DNA of 64,000 nt, taken from contig CAYRQJ010000001.1 of the NCBI GenBank assembly GCA_964426555.1, forward strand, positions 117,633-181,632, written 5' to 3'. The stretch is from an uncultured Candidatus Saccharibacteria bacterium (GTDB lineage: Bacteria; Patescibacteriota; Minisyncoccia; Phycocordibacterales; UBA9973). Shown here piece by piece: positions 19,926 through 30,443 of the stretch. Positions within the stretch are counted from its first letter, which is position 1, and each line of letters starts with the position of its first letter. Under the pieces are notes generated by a model, which saw nothing but the letters and a program-made list of their open reading frames with translations, ran no database searches and was not told where the DNA came from. Both the position numbers and the translations under genes were made by a program.

Positions 19926-20693
19926 ATGAAAAATTTTGATGAATCAGTCGAAAGACTAGTAAATGAAGGATTTTCAACTTTTGATTTTAAAAGACTTAGT
20001 ATAGTCGATTATGAACAATTGATGATACTTTCAAAAAAAGTTACTGCGCAAAACCCTGGTTTTAAATATTGCACAGATTATGGTGTAGTCCCTGACAAAA
20101 AAACTGACAGGGGAATCTTCCGAAGGGAAAGAGACGAAGTAACTGGTCAAGATGCAAAATGGCTTTACCAGTACAGACCATCTTTAAGAAGAGAGCTTTT
20201 AAATAAAAATGAGGAATCTCAATATTTACCTGCCGAGGTTGAAGACTGGATGCAAAAAGCAAAACAGGTGTACACAACACTTTATGGATTTTCAAAAGAA
20301 ATCATAAAAGGCGTAGACCATCTTTTGCCAGAATTTAAGATATATGAAAAATATGTAGATGTTGAATCAAGCGACATGCATATGCTTAGATCCATTGGAT
20401 ATGATGAATCAACTAGCGTTGCTCTTGTGGCAGACAAACATTGTGATTATTCATTCTTAACTTTAGCTCCGTATCAATCTTATCCAGGGCTTTGGCTTAA
20501 AAACAAGCTCGGAACCATGGTTGAATACAAACCAAAAGAAGGAGAATTGATGGCTTTCTGGGGTAGAAAAGCCCCAACTGTATCTAATGAAAAATTAATG
20601 AAAGTCGAGCACATGGTTGATATTCCAGAATTAGGAATACAGCGTGATGCAACTGTTTTCTTTGGACATTTGGCTGGTGTAAAAATGAGCTAA
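19926..20693 (+). CDS. 2-oxoglutarate/Fe(II) dioxygenase (isopenicillin N synthase-like fold)
   Basis: HCDYSFLTL (HxD), PGL, distal HMV and RDATVFF. Confidence 0.75.
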   Translation: MKNFDESVERLVNEGFSTFDFKRLSIVDYEQLMILSKKVTAQNPGFKYCTDYGVVPDKKTDRGIFRRERDEVTGQDAKWLYQYRPSLRRELLNKNEESQYLPAEVEDWMQKAKQVYTTLYGFSKEIIKGVDHLLPEFKIYEKYVDVESSDMHMLRSIGYDESTSVALVADKHCDYSFLTLAPYQSYPGLWLKNKLGTMVEYKPKEGELMAFWGRKAPTVSNEKLMKVEHMVDIPELGIQRDATVFFGHLAGVKMS

Positions 20694-20736
20694 TCTAAAG
20701 ATAAAAACAGAAACGGAGGTCTTGCCTCCGTTTTTT

Positions 20737-21123
20737 TTATTTGTTTAATTTTTCTAGAACTTGTTCAAAGTCTTTTTTGTCTATCTCCATTGGGTTCCAG
20801 CCTTCTAGATGATCAGACATTACACGGGGAATCAAATGAATATGGAAATGGGGAACATCTTTACCCACGACAGACAGCTGGACATAGTCGGCACCAATTC
20901 TTTCCTTTATTTTATTAATTAAAGATTTAGATACAATAAACACATGCGACAATAAATCATCCGGAGTATCTTGTAACCACTGAAAATGTGATTTTGGAAC
21001 TATTAAAGTATGCCCCAGTGTAACTGGGTGAATGTCTAAAAAGGCAATACATTGTTCGTCTTCATAGACTTTGTAACTAGGAATTTCTCCAGCTACTATT
21101 TTACAAAAAATACAGTTATCCAT
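20737..21123 (-). CDS. HIT family hydrolase
   Basis: CIFCKI, GHTLIVPK, VPHFHIHLIPR. Confidence 0.93.
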   Translation of the reverse strand: MDNCIFCKIVAGEIPSYKVYEDEQCIAFLDIHPVTLGHTLIVPKSHFQWLQDTPDDLLSHVFIVSKSLINKIKERIGADYVQLSVVGKDVPHFHIHLIPRVMSDHLEGWNPMEIDKKDFEQVLEKLNK

Positions 21124-21238
21124 CCCGTTAGAAGTAGGAAATCAAAGATTTCCGTCCTTTATTAACTATTAATTTAAAATTTGATTTATTCATTTCTTTA
21201 TTATATGTATTCCAATTAACAACAAAACTTCTAACGGG
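21124..21238. mobile_element. 115-bp CCCGTTAGA-type miniature inverted-repeat element with 6-bp flanking duplication
   Basis: TIR cccgttagaagt / acttctaacggg; ATCCAT at 21118-21123 and 21239-21244 (ATGGAT on the minus strand, the HIT start codon). Confidence 0.85.
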
Positions 21239-21278
21239 ATCCATGAGTACATTATAACATATGCTATAATAGCCAAAT

Positions 21279-23018
21279 ATGCCAAACGGGAAATACACAT
21301 TACGAAAGAAAAACGAAGAAAGAAACGAGGATTTAGACAAAACTTATGGCACACTAATAGCTGATATTTTGTATTCACGTGGAGTTAGCGATATAAAATT
21401 AGCCCAAAAACATTTACATGACAAACTGGGGGATGTACATGATGACCCATTAAAGTTGGGTGAAATGGGTAAAGCTTTGGAGCGAATAAACAAAGCTATC
21501 CAAAATAATGAACACATTACAATACACGCAGACTATGACTGTGACGGTATTCCTGGAGCTGTAATACTAACTAGTTTGTTTAAAGAAATTGGTTTTACTA
21601 ATTACACAGTTTCAATACCTAATAGAAATATTGAAGGTTATGGTTTAAACACAGAACATGTTAAAAAATTTGTTAATACAAATACAAAATTAATTATTAC
21701 AATTGATTTAGGAATAACAGGATTTGAGGCAATTGAAGAGGCAAATATTTTAGGAATGGATACAATTATTACCGACCACCACACAATTCCGGAAAGAATC
21801 CCAACTGCCTACGCTATTGTTCACCCAAAAATATTTAATAGCAATTACGAAAACAAAGAATTATGTGGCGCCGGAGTAGTGTACACACTGGTTCGTGGGT
21901 TTATAAATGAATATGGTACACAATATAGTATCCCTAATAATTTTATAGACAGTGTAGTAGACATGGCAGCATTTGCAACATTGTCTGACATGGTAGAACT
22001 AACTCCTGAAAACAAAGCAATAATCAAAGAAGGTTTAAATAAAATTCGTAGTGGTAGCCGCCCAGGACTGTTGGCACTGGCTAAATCTGCACGAGTATAT
22101 TTACGTGATTTAACACAAGACGATTTAACTTTTATGTTGGCACCAAAATTAAATGTGGCGTCACGTATGGGTAACCCTCATGACGCATATAATTTATTGA
22201 TGGAAAAAGATTTTGCATTAGCTAGCGTATTGTCTGACGCATTAACAAATCTTTCAAATGAACGCAGAAAGATAGTGGCTTTGATGGTAAAGGAGGCACG
22301 ACGTGATATTGCTAAATTTGATAAAGACCAAAAAGATGTAATTGTGATTGGTCATCCTGCATGGAAAGTAGGGCTGTTGGGGTTAGTTGCTAGTAAAATA
22401 GTAGAAATATACGGTAAACCAACTTTTGTATGGGGGAGAACTGAAGATGAAGACAACATTGTATACAAAGGATCTTGCCGAGGAAACAATACAGTGAATG
22501 TTTACGAGATAATGGCATCATCACCAATGGAAACATTCTTGGAATTTGGTGGACATTTTGAAGCCGGAGGTTTTTCTGTTTCTCAAGAAAAAATTTATAA
22601 CCTAGAAAACAATTTAATCAAAGGCTACGAAAAAGTAGGCGAAGATATATTAAACATTACTGAATCTGTAGCATATATTGATGCGGTACTACCTATTTCA
22701 CTACTACACCCAAGACTACATTCTTCTATATTCAAATTAGCACCTTTTGGTAGTGGGTTTACTGAACCAGTTTTTGTTTTTAAAAATACAGAAATAGTAG
22801 ACATTCGTAATTTTGGTACAGGTAATGCACATATTGAAATAACATTTAAAGACACAAATGGGTTAACCGCCAGCGCTTATGCTTTTTATACAAAAGGGGC
22901 TGATCTTGGTAGCCCCGTAGTTGGCAACACTGTGCATATTGTTGGAACATTGGATGCAAAACTGTGGCAAGGAACAGTTCGTGTTAGACTAAAAGATATA
23001 ATTATAAGTGGAATTTAA
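21279..23018 (+). CDS. recJ: ssDNA exonuclease RecJ
   Basis: DYDCDG, PNRNIEGYG, TDHH, GSCR, FGGHFEAGG. Confidence 0.93.
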   Translation: MPNGKYTLRKKNEERNEDLDKTYGTLIADILYSRGVSDIKLAQKHLHDKLGDVHDDPLKLGEMGKALERINKAIQNNEHITIHADYDCDGIPGAVILTSLFKEIGFTNYTVSIPNRNIEGYGLNTEHVKKFVNTNTKLIITIDLGITGFEAIEEANILGMDTIITDHHTIPERIPTAYAIVHPKIFNSNYENKELCGAGVVYTLVRGFINEYGTQYSIPNNFIDSVVDMAAFATLSDMVELTPENKAIIKEGLNKIRSGSRPGLLALAKSARVYLRDLTQDDLTFMLAPKLNVASRMGNPHDAYNLLMEKDFALASVLSDALTNLSNERRKIVALMVKEARRDIAKFDKDQKDVIVIGHPAWKVGLLGLVASKIVEIYGKPTFVWGRTEDEDNIVYKGSCRGNNTVNVYEIMASSPMETFLEFGGHFEAGGFSVSQEKIYNLENNLIKGYEKVGEDILNITESVAYIDAVLPISLLHPRLHSSIFKLAPFGSGFTEPVFVFKNTEIVDIRNFGTGNAHIEITFKDTNGLTASAYAFYTKGADLGSPVVGNTVHIVGTLDAKLWQGTVRVRLKDIIISGI

Positions 23019-23023
23019 AATAC

Positions 23024-23545
23024 ATGTCAAAGGAAATAATATTTTTTACAGACGGTAGCGCGCTTGGCAACCCTGGGAAAGGGGGGTGGGCTTATTTAAT
23101 GATAGATAAAAAAAATGGGAATGTTTTGGAAAATGGTGGCAATAGTGCACACGCTACAAATAACCAAATGGAATTAAAAGCATTTTTAGAATCACTAAAA
23201 GAAATAAATGGTTTTACAGTAGAGAAAGAAATTATAATTTATCTTGATTCGGAATATGTAAAAAATGGTATTACCAGTTGGATACATGGATGGAAAAAAA
23301 ATGGTTGGCGCACTGCTGCAAAAAAACCTGTTTTAAATAAAGATTTATGGGTAGAAATAGATGAAGCTTATAATACAGTAATAGCTAAACAAAAATTAGA
23401 ATTAAAATATGTACCAGGACACAGCGGGGTAGCTGGTAACGAAATAGTTGATACCATAGCTAGAACATTGGCCGCAGGAGAAGAATACATTTTATATTCA
23501 GGAGATAAAACAAATTTTGAATTACAAAAAAATATAAAATTATAA
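23024..23545 (+). CDS. rnhA: Ribonuclease HI
   Basis: FTDGSALGNPG, TNNQMEL, DSEYV, GHSG..GNEIVD. Confidence 0.95.
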   Translation: MSKEIIFFTDGSALGNPGKGGWAYLMIDKKNGNVLENGGNSAHATNNQMELKAFLESLKEINGFTVEKEIIIYLDSEYVKNGITSWIHGWKKNGWRTAAKKPVLNKDLWVEIDEAYNTVIAKQKLELKYVPGHSGVAGNEIVDTIARTLAAGEEYILYSGDKTNFELQKNIKL

Positions 23546-23546
23546 T

Positions 23547-24863
23547 ATGTACAAATGGATAAGAATTATTTTAATAATCTTACCCATAACATACGGAATT
23601 TATTTTTGTTATATTAAAAAAGAAATTGAAATAATATTACCCCAAAACAGTGTAACTGTGATGGGGTATGTTAGTAATTACAAAGAAGAGAGAATTAGCA
23701 ACAACCATTATACTGTAAACGTAACAAAGCTAAATAACGAGCCGGTAACTGATAATTCAAAAATAATTATTACAACTAGTCCAGCAACTAATTTAAACTA
23801 TGGTGAAAATATAATAATAACTGGTGTAATAGAAAAACCCAAAAATTTTATTACAAATACTGGCATGGAGTTTGATTACCAAAATTATTTACGAATGAAA
23901 AATGTTGTTGGAATTATGCGTGAACCCGAAATAATAAATCATGGCGGGTTTAGTGGAAATTATTTATTAAAATTTTTATACAAAATTAGAAATAAATTTG
24001 CAATAAATTTAGAAAAATATTTAAATAAAAACGACAGCACATTATCTCGTGGAGTAATACTGGGGGAGAAGACTGGTATTACAAATAGCCTACGCGACAA
24101 TTTAGCAAATACATCTACCGCGCATATTATTGCACTGTCAGGCTACAACATTACTATTGTTAGTGAATTGGTTACTAAAATAACAGCGGGGTTAGGGCTG
24201 GTAATTAGCGGGGCATTGTCAGTATTTAGTATAATTATATTTATATTATTAGCTGGCGGGGGTAGTAGTGCATTGCGTGCGGGGATAATGGGAATAATTT
24301 TAGTTTACGCACGGTCTCGTGGTAAAAATTATAATGCAATATTTGCATTATTATTAGCGTCATCTATTTTAATATTGTTACAACCATTAATACTGCGCTA
24401 CGACATGGGTTTTCATCTTTCAGTATTGGCAACATTTGGTTTAATAGTCTTTCAGCGACCAATTGCAGTATTTTTAGTAAAGAAAAGATTTGGAAAATTT
24501 TTGGCAGAAATATTAGCCAGTACAATTTCTGCCAGTATTATGACTATGCCTTATATTGCATACAATATGGGCATAATTTCCATATTGGGAATTCCTGCAA
24601 ATATTATTGTGGTGCCACTACTGCCAATACTGATGTTTACTTCTTTTTTTACAGGATTATTTGGTGGAATATCTTACATACTAACTATACCTTTTGCATA
24701 TAGTACGCATATAGTTAGTAGTGTAATTTTAAAAACCATAAATACATTGGGCGATCTGCCATACAGTGCAGTGTATAAACAAAATATACCACTACTATTT
24801 ATAGTAGTGGTATATTTATTCTTGTTTTACTATGCTTTTAAATTACTTAAAAAATCATCGTAG
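23547..24863 (+). CDS. comEC: ComEC DNA-uptake channel (OB/DUF4131 plus Competence domain, no MBL domain)
   Basis: AHIIALSGYNI, SALRAGIM, GFHLSVLAT, multiple TM helices. Confidence 0.9.
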   Translation: MYKWIRIILIILPITYGIYFCYIKKEIEIILPQNSVTVMGYVSNYKEERISNNHYTVNVTKLNNEPVTDNSKIIITTSPATNLNYGENIIITGVIEKPKNFITNTGMEFDYQNYLRMKNVVGIMREPEIINHGGFSGNYLLKFLYKIRNKFAINLEKYLNKNDSTLSRGVILGEKTGITNSLRDNLANTSTAHIIALSGYNITIVSELVTKITAGLGLVISGALSVFSIIIFILLAGGGSSALRAGIMGIILVYARSRGKNYNAIFALLLASSILILLQPLILRYDMGFHLSVLATFGLIVFQRPIAVFLVKKRFGKFLAEILASTISASIMTMPYIAYNMGIISILGIPANIIVVPLLPILMFTSFFTGLFGGISYILTIPFAYSTHIVSSVILKTINTLGDLPYSAVYKQNIPLLFIVVVYLFLFYYAFKLLKKSS

Positions 24864-25429
24864 CGTCCACTGATTAATTCAAAATTAGTATTTTTAATAT
24901 AATCTTCTATATATTGTTTTTTGCCACTGGGCAGATAGTCGGCAACATAAGAATGTTCCCACATATCGATAGCATATACAGGAAAAGTATTCATAAGCTG
25001 GCCAATGTGTTGTTCGTCTACCCAAGATAATACAAGGTGGTCAAACGTTGTATCGTACGACAATACTGCCCAGCCTATACCCCTGGTCATTGCGGTTTCT
25101 TTTAGCCTAGCCATAAAATTATCCATACTACCAAAGTCAGCTACAATTTGATTTTCTAAATTTGAAGATGTGGGAATGTTTGAAGGAGCTCCAGTTAAAC
25201 TATAAAAATAAAGTTCGTGATTACGCATACCACAAAATTCAAAAGAAAATCTGCGTTGTAATTCAGTGCGAATATATGTTTCTTCCACTGGTAAGGAGTT
25301 TAGTTTTTCTTGAATTAAATTTGCGTGTTTTACATAACCAGCATACAGCTTTAAATGCTCTTCAATGTTTTTGGCAGAGATGCCAACAAGTTCTGGAATT
25401 TCAAAAGTTTTTGTATTATATGTTTCCAT
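24830..25429 (-). CDS. Fe/Mn superoxide dismutase family protein
   Basis: EEHLKLYAGYV, NHELYF, GIGWAVL, DMWEHSY. Confidence 0.9.
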   Translation of the reverse strand: METYNTKTFEIPELVGISAKNIEEHLKLYAGYVKHANLIQEKLNSLPVEETYIRTELQRRFSFEFCGMRNHELYFYSLTGAPSNIPTSSNLENQIVADFGSMDNFMARLKETAMTRGIGWAVLSYDTTFDHLVLSWVDEQHIGQLMNTFPVYAIDMWEHSYVADYLPSGKKQYIEDYIKNTNFELISGRYDDFLSNLKA

Positions 25430-25450
25430 ATTGATATTATATCACAAAGT

Positions 25451-25532
25451 GCACCCCACCTAAATCCTCCCCTTCACAGGCGGAGGACTTTGCACTTCTC
25501 CCCTTGTTAAGGGGGAGATAAAGAGGGGGTGC
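25451..25532. repeat. REP-like inverted pair with no cargo
   Basis: 25451-25491 is the exact reverse complement of 41 bp at 51305 and 58379; second arm tctccccttgttaagggggagataaagagggggtgc. Confidence 0.85.
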
Positions 25533-25549
25533 AGTGATATACTACATAT

Positions 25550-26410
25550 ATGAAACAGCGGAAACTGGTATATTGGATAATATTTATATTAATTGTTTTA
25601 ACTCTTGTATTTTTAGCCTTGTTTTATAAGACTGAAAAACCATTAAAGCTAGTAATGCTAGACGTTGGCCAAGGTGACGCAATATATATAGAAACCCCAA
25701 ATGGCACAAACATGCTAATAGATTCCGGCCGAGACAAGACGGTACTGTATGAACTGGGTGAAGTAATGAGTTTTAACCAAAACAAGATAGACATTATTGA
25801 AGTTAGTAATCCTGATTTGGACCATATAGGCGGATTTCCTTTTGTAATGGAGAAATATAAGATAAAAAATATAATTTCTCCTGGAACAAACCATGACAGC
25901 TTGGAAGCTTTTGGTGAAATAGAGAAATTAGCACAAGAAAAACAAATTCCAGTACTGAAACCAAAGCAGGGTACTGTAATAATGCTAGACCAAAAAGAAA
26001 ATATTACTTATACAATCTTATGGCCAACGGGAAATGTAAATGGTTGGGAAGTAAACGCTGGGTCACTGGTAGGGTTAATTACATATGGAGATAAAAAGAT
26101 ACTACTAACAGGCGACGCTCCAAAAGAAGTAGAAGACCAAATAATCAATAAATACAAAGACGAATTACAAAATATTGATATTTTAAAGGTTGGGCACCAT
26201 GGGTCAAAGACTTCTACTGGTAGCGCGCTCGCCATGCTCGCGCGCCCAAAATACGCACTAATTAGCGCCGGTAAAAACAACAGGTATGGCCACCCGCACA
26301 AAATAGTGTTGGATAATTTAAATAATGTGGGTTCAAAAATTTTAGTAACCAAAGATACAGGGAGAATAACTTGCACCATATGGCTTAAAAAAGAAACCGT
26401 GTGTGACTAA
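25550..26410 (+). CDS. ComEC/Rec2-type metallo-beta-lactamase-fold protein (stand-alone)
   Basis: DVGQGDA, SNPDLDHIGG, LLTGD, KVGHHGS, NRYGHP. Confidence 0.9.
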   Translation: MKQRKLVYWIIFILIVLTLVFLALFYKTEKPLKLVMLDVGQGDAIYIETPNGTNMLIDSGRDKTVLYELGEVMSFNQNKIDIIEVSNPDLDHIGGFPFVMEKYKIKNIISPGTNHDSLEAFGEIEKLAQEKQIPVLKPKQGTVIMLDQKENITYTILWPTGNVNGWEVNAGSLVGLITYGDKKILLTGDAPKEVEDQIINKYKDELQNIDILKVGHHGSKTSTGSALAMLARPKYALISAGKNNRYGHPHKIVLDNLNNVGSKILVTKDTGRITCTIWLKKETVCD

Positions 26411-26455
26411 ATAATAGTATTTTTAAACAAGATTGTGTTAAAATATAAACATAAT

Positions 26456-29400
26456 ATGAAGCGGAAAGCCTTTGGGGTAATAGCAACTTTTCTGGTTATG
26501 TTCCAGATGTTTTCTCCGTGGGGGATACAGATAAATAAAAACGGAGTTAGCGTTAAAGAGAATACAGTTTTAGCAGCTGAACCATTAGACCATGGAGTTA
26601 TAGCTCTATTAAAGGAGGGAACAAAAGATGGTCAAATTAACTTAACTATACTTAGTGACCCACTTTATAAATATGATGAATTTGAGGTTAAAGTCCTTTC
26701 TGGTACAACAGTACAAACTGAAATGTTTAAAGGCGCACCAACAGATAAATCTATTACTCGAAATGAAGTTGGTGTGGTTGGTTTTGATAAAGATGGCAGC
26801 CAGGCAAGATTATATTTAAGAATCGATTATGAAATAAAAAATTCTAAATTTAAAACTTCAATGCTAACTGATGTTGCTGATCCTAAAATAGCAGTCAGGG
26901 TTCCATATTATGAAGCATTAAATCCTACAAACAAAAAAGATGCCTGGAACTACATTGGTCCGACCAATACAGATATTACTGATATTGAAGAAAATGGAAC
27001 TACTTTTATATCAGCTAGCGAAGCAAGTGGTAATAATTTCAAACTAAAATGGGGGGTTCTTTCTTCTAAGAGCTCTTCTACTAACTTAATATTACCTATG
27101 CCGTCTACTCTTAATGGTGCAGATGATGACTCAATAGCTTGTACAGGTGGATTAAAAACATTAGAAACAAAAAAGAAGTTACGGTTTGCACAAAACAACA
27201 AAGACTACCCAATATATGAACATTCTTGTTCTAATTTAATAGACATCACAAAAACATTACCAAAAAAAGAAAATGGTGTTTCAAAGTATGTTGCAAATTT
27301 TGATAAAACTTCTTGGTATAAAAATATTTCTTTGAATTTTAATTTCCCATTTACTGGGAAATTACATAGTTTTTATTTATACAACAACCCAGATGATATA
27401 TCAACAGATCTTCGTGGAACTTGTGATCTTGAGTGGTGTTTTCAAGATTTTCAAATCACAAAATTAGAAGCTGTTAAAGATGAAAATGGCACACCTGCTC
27501 TTGCGGCAGATGTATCAATATTTTTAGACGACAAAGAAATTGATGATTTTAACCCTTTTGAAGATGTTGGTGATGAACCTGGAAAATTAGATTCCAAAGA
27601 CAGACCAAACAGTTGGGAAGGATGGTTACTTGAAAAAAGAGTTGATAGCAGGGATCCATCTGTTGGTGGTGGTTTATCAAATGATAAAGATACATCTCGT
27701 GGGTTTTGGCTTATTTATTCAAAAGACAAAGATACTTTGAGTGACGGTATCGGAAATAGAGAAGTTATAAATCTGGGAGATTATTTGTTTGGTGGCGACA
27801 AGGTCCCAATTTCTCCAGTTGTAGTAAAAAAACAAAATGGATTAGCTTTTAAAGTATTAATCCCAGCAGAACTTGGTAAAACATATTATGCAAAACTGTA
27901 TTCATACAGAATAGATAAGGACAATTATATAAAAAACGAAAAGGCTAACTCTACAACAAAATCATATACTATGCCGGCTACAGTAGAAGAGATTACTCAA
28001 ACTGCTAGAGATGGGGCAATAATAGAAAATGGACAAGAAAAAGAATTAGTTGCCGACCCAGCATGGCTTCCAGCATGTGGGCTTGGTTTTTGGCCTGCAG
28101 AAGATGGATCAATTACTGGTTGTGCTATTCAAATATTTTATTATTTAGTGTTTGTTCCAACTGCTTATTTATTAGCAGCAGCAGGTACTGTTCTGGATTG
28201 GATTTTAGTTTATGCAATTTCACCAGTAGCGTATAAAGCTCAGTATATTGTAGATAGTTGGAAATTTGTAAGAGATGTATGTAATTTATTCTTCATCTTT
28301 ATGATGATATATCTTGCATTCAAACTTATACTTAGTATTGGGCATCATACAAAACAATTAATTGTAAACACACTAATTATTGCAGCGGTAATTAATTTTT
28401 CTTACCCATTAACTACTGTAATTATTGATGTTTCCAACATTACAGCAAGACAATTATATTATAATTCTTTCCCTAAAGAAGATACGTTGAATGGAAAACC
28501 TTATGGGCTTTCTTCAACAGTATCAAAAGGTTACAACCCTCAACAAATAGTTATAGATGGTTTAGATAAAAATAGTAACGATTTAAAAGATACCAAAGAA
28601 AACAATAAAGGAACAATTTTTATGATTCTTTTAATGGGGGTAATATTTAATATTATTGCCATGATAATATTCTTAAAAATAGCATTATTGTTTATATACC
28701 GTATTCTTGGTCTTGTTTTTGCAATTATACTTTCACCATTTGCTGTATTTTCATTTTCTATGGATAAAGAACAGCGTAGTAAATTAAAAATGGTTGGTTT
28801 TGACACATGGTTGTCTGGATTACTACAAGATGCATTTAAGGCTCCAGTATTTTTATTCTTTATGCTTATAATGGTGCTTTTTATAAAACACAATCCATTC
28901 AAGGCAGCATTTGGGTCTGATGTTAATGGTTTAGAATGGTGGGCAAGTTTAATTATTCCTTTTATGCTACTAGTTGGATTTTTAAGTCTAATTCATTCTA
29001 TAACTAAATCAATGTCTTCATCGTTAGCTGAAATGGCTGGGGGTGTGGTAATGAAGGGAATTGGTGCAGTAGCCGGAGTAGCTGCAGGGGGGTTAGCATT
29101 AGCTGGCAGTGGATTAATTGGTAAAGGGATGACTAAACTTGCTGGATCTGGAATGGGCCAAAGAATTATGGACCGCGCTGCTACTGGTAAAGGGCTTGGT
29201 GGTTTTATTGCTCGCCAACAAGCCAAAGCTATTCGTGGAATGCAAGCAGGTAGTTTTGATTTAAGACAAAATGGTGTAGCTAACGCAGTAAGTAAAGCAA
29301 CAGGGATGAACTTTAATCTTGGGGCATCTATGATTGGACTTGGTACAGCAAAAACTGCTGGTGGTTTCGTAGAAAGTGTTGAAAGAAAAAATAAAAAGAG

Positions 29401-30430
29401 AGAAGAATTTGTTAAAATGTTAGAGTGGAATAAAAATTTAGCAGAAAAACTAAAAGAACGCAAGGCGGATAAGGATACAGAGAAGGAAGGTTTAGAAACT
29501 GAAGCTAAGGATAAAAAAGCATTTATAGAAGAAAGAGATGCAGCTTTAAAAAATAGTGAGAAAAGTAAAAAAGATGCAGACGAAAGAGTAGGTGATTTTG
29601 AAAAATTACAAGATCTTTTAGCTAGAAGAACCGACTTTGTTTCAACAGGTAAACCAGTAACAGAAATTGATGTTCAAATTGGTAGAATAGAGGCAAAGTT
29701 AAGTGGTGGTCGTGGAAGTTTAAGTACTATTGACCCAACAACTAATACAAGGACAGTAAACGCTGTATTTGGAGCATTAAAAACAAATGCTGACGCTGAA
29801 AAAGTTAGAGCAAAGAGAGCAAAAGATGTTAATCAAGGCAGACTAGATATTGCTAAACAATCATTAAAAGAGAATAATGATGCAATAAGAAGTTTGGATA
29901 AAGAAATATCCGCACTTACTAAAGCAATTGAAAATGTAAAAAATAACCGTAAAAATGGTTATGCTCATATGATACGAAACAAATCTGGTCATATATTCCA
30001 TAAAGATACTTACACAGAAAAATATAACCACGGACACAAAACACCATTAAACGCTGCTGAAATGGCAAAATTTACTTCAACTTTTGGAACTCTTAGTGGG
30101 GATATGGCAAACATTATAACAAGAGTTGACGAGCATTCACATGAAGCAAATAATAAATTTAAAGCAAAAGTATTATCAGTAAATACAGCACTGGGGTTAT
30201 TAGCAGGAGCATTTACTGGTGGGGCAGGTGCTATTGCAGCCGGAATAGCTGCTGGGGGGCTAGTTGGAATATCTCGTACATACCAACCAGGTAACGAACA
30301 TTATGGCGTCGCACATGATCCAGCTGCTTGGCACCCACACCCTCATGATAATTATCACCCACCTACCGGTGGAGGAGGTGGCGGCGGAGGTGGCGGAGGT
30401 GGCGGAGGCCACGATAGTCACGGACACTAA
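26456..30430 (+). CDS. Large VirB6/TrbL-like polytopic membrane protein of a T4SS-like cluster
   Basis: Signal peptide, ~520-aa extracellular region, multi-TM core (WKFVRDVCN, LIIAAVINFS), Gly/Ala-rich linker, coiled coil; upstream of PrgI and VirB4. Confidence 0.7.
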   Translation: MKRKAFGVIATFLVMFQMFSPWGIQINKNGVSVKENTVLAAEPLDHGVIALLKEGTKDGQINLTILSDPLYKYDEFEVKVLSGTTVQTEMFKGAPTDKSITRNEVGVVGFDKDGSQARLYLRIDYEIKNSKFKTSMLTDVADPKIAVRVPYYEALNPTNKKDAWNYIGPTNTDITDIEENGTTFISASEASGNNFKLKWGVLSSKSSSTNLILPMPSTLNGADDDSIACTGGLKTLETKKKLRFAQNNKDYPIYEHSCSNLIDITKTLPKKENGVSKYVANFDKTSWYKNISLNFNFPFTGKLHSFYLYNNPDDISTDLRGTCDLEWCFQDFQITKLEAVKDENGTPALAADVSIFLDDKEIDDFNPFEDVGDEPGKLDSKDRPNSWEGWLLEKRVDSRDPSVGGGLSNDKDTSRGFWLIYSKDKDTLSDGIGNREVINLGDYLFGGDKVPISPVVVKKQNGLAFKVLIPAELGKTYYAKLYSYRIDKDNYIKNEKANSTTKSYTMPATVEEITQTARDGAIIENGQEKELVADPAWLPACGLGFWPAEDGSITGCAIQIFYYLVFVPTAYLLAAAGTVLDWILVYAISPVAYKAQYIVDSWKFVRDVCNLFFIFMMIYLAFKLILSIGHHTKQLIVNTLIIAAVINFSYPLTTVIIDVSNITARQLYYNSFPKEDTLNGKPYGLSSTVSKGYNPQQIVIDGLDKNSNDLKDTKENNKGTIFMILLMGVIFNIIAMIIFLKIALLFIYRILGLVFAIILSPFAVFSFSMDKEQRSKLKMVGFDTWLSGLLQDAFKAPVFLFFMLIMVLFIKHNPFKAAFGSDVNGLEWWASLIIPFMLLVGFLSLIHSITKSMSSSLAEMAGGVVMKGIGAVAGVAAGGLALAGSGLIGKGMTKLAGSGMGQRIMDRAATGKGLGGFIARQQAKAIRGMQAGSFDLRQNGVANAVSKATGMNFNLGASMIGLGTAKTAGGFVESVERKNKKREEFVKMLEWNKNLAEKLKERKADKDTEKEGLETEAKDKKAFIEERDAALKNSEKSKKDADERVGDFEKLQDLLARRTDFVSTGKPVTEIDVQIGRIEAKLSGGRGSLSTIDPTTNTRTVNAVFGALKTNADAEKVRAKRAKDVNQGRLDIAKQSLKENNDAIRSLDKEISALTKAIENVKNNRKNGYAHMIRNKSGHIFHKDTYTEKYNHGHKTPLNAAEMAKFTSTFGTLSGDMANIITRVDEHSHEANNKFKAKVLSVNTALGLLAGAFTGGAGAIAAGIAAGGLVGISRTYQPGNEHYGVAHDPAAWHPHPHDNYHPPTGGGGGGGGGGGGGGHDSHGH

Positions 30431-30443
30431 TAAATAAATTTAT

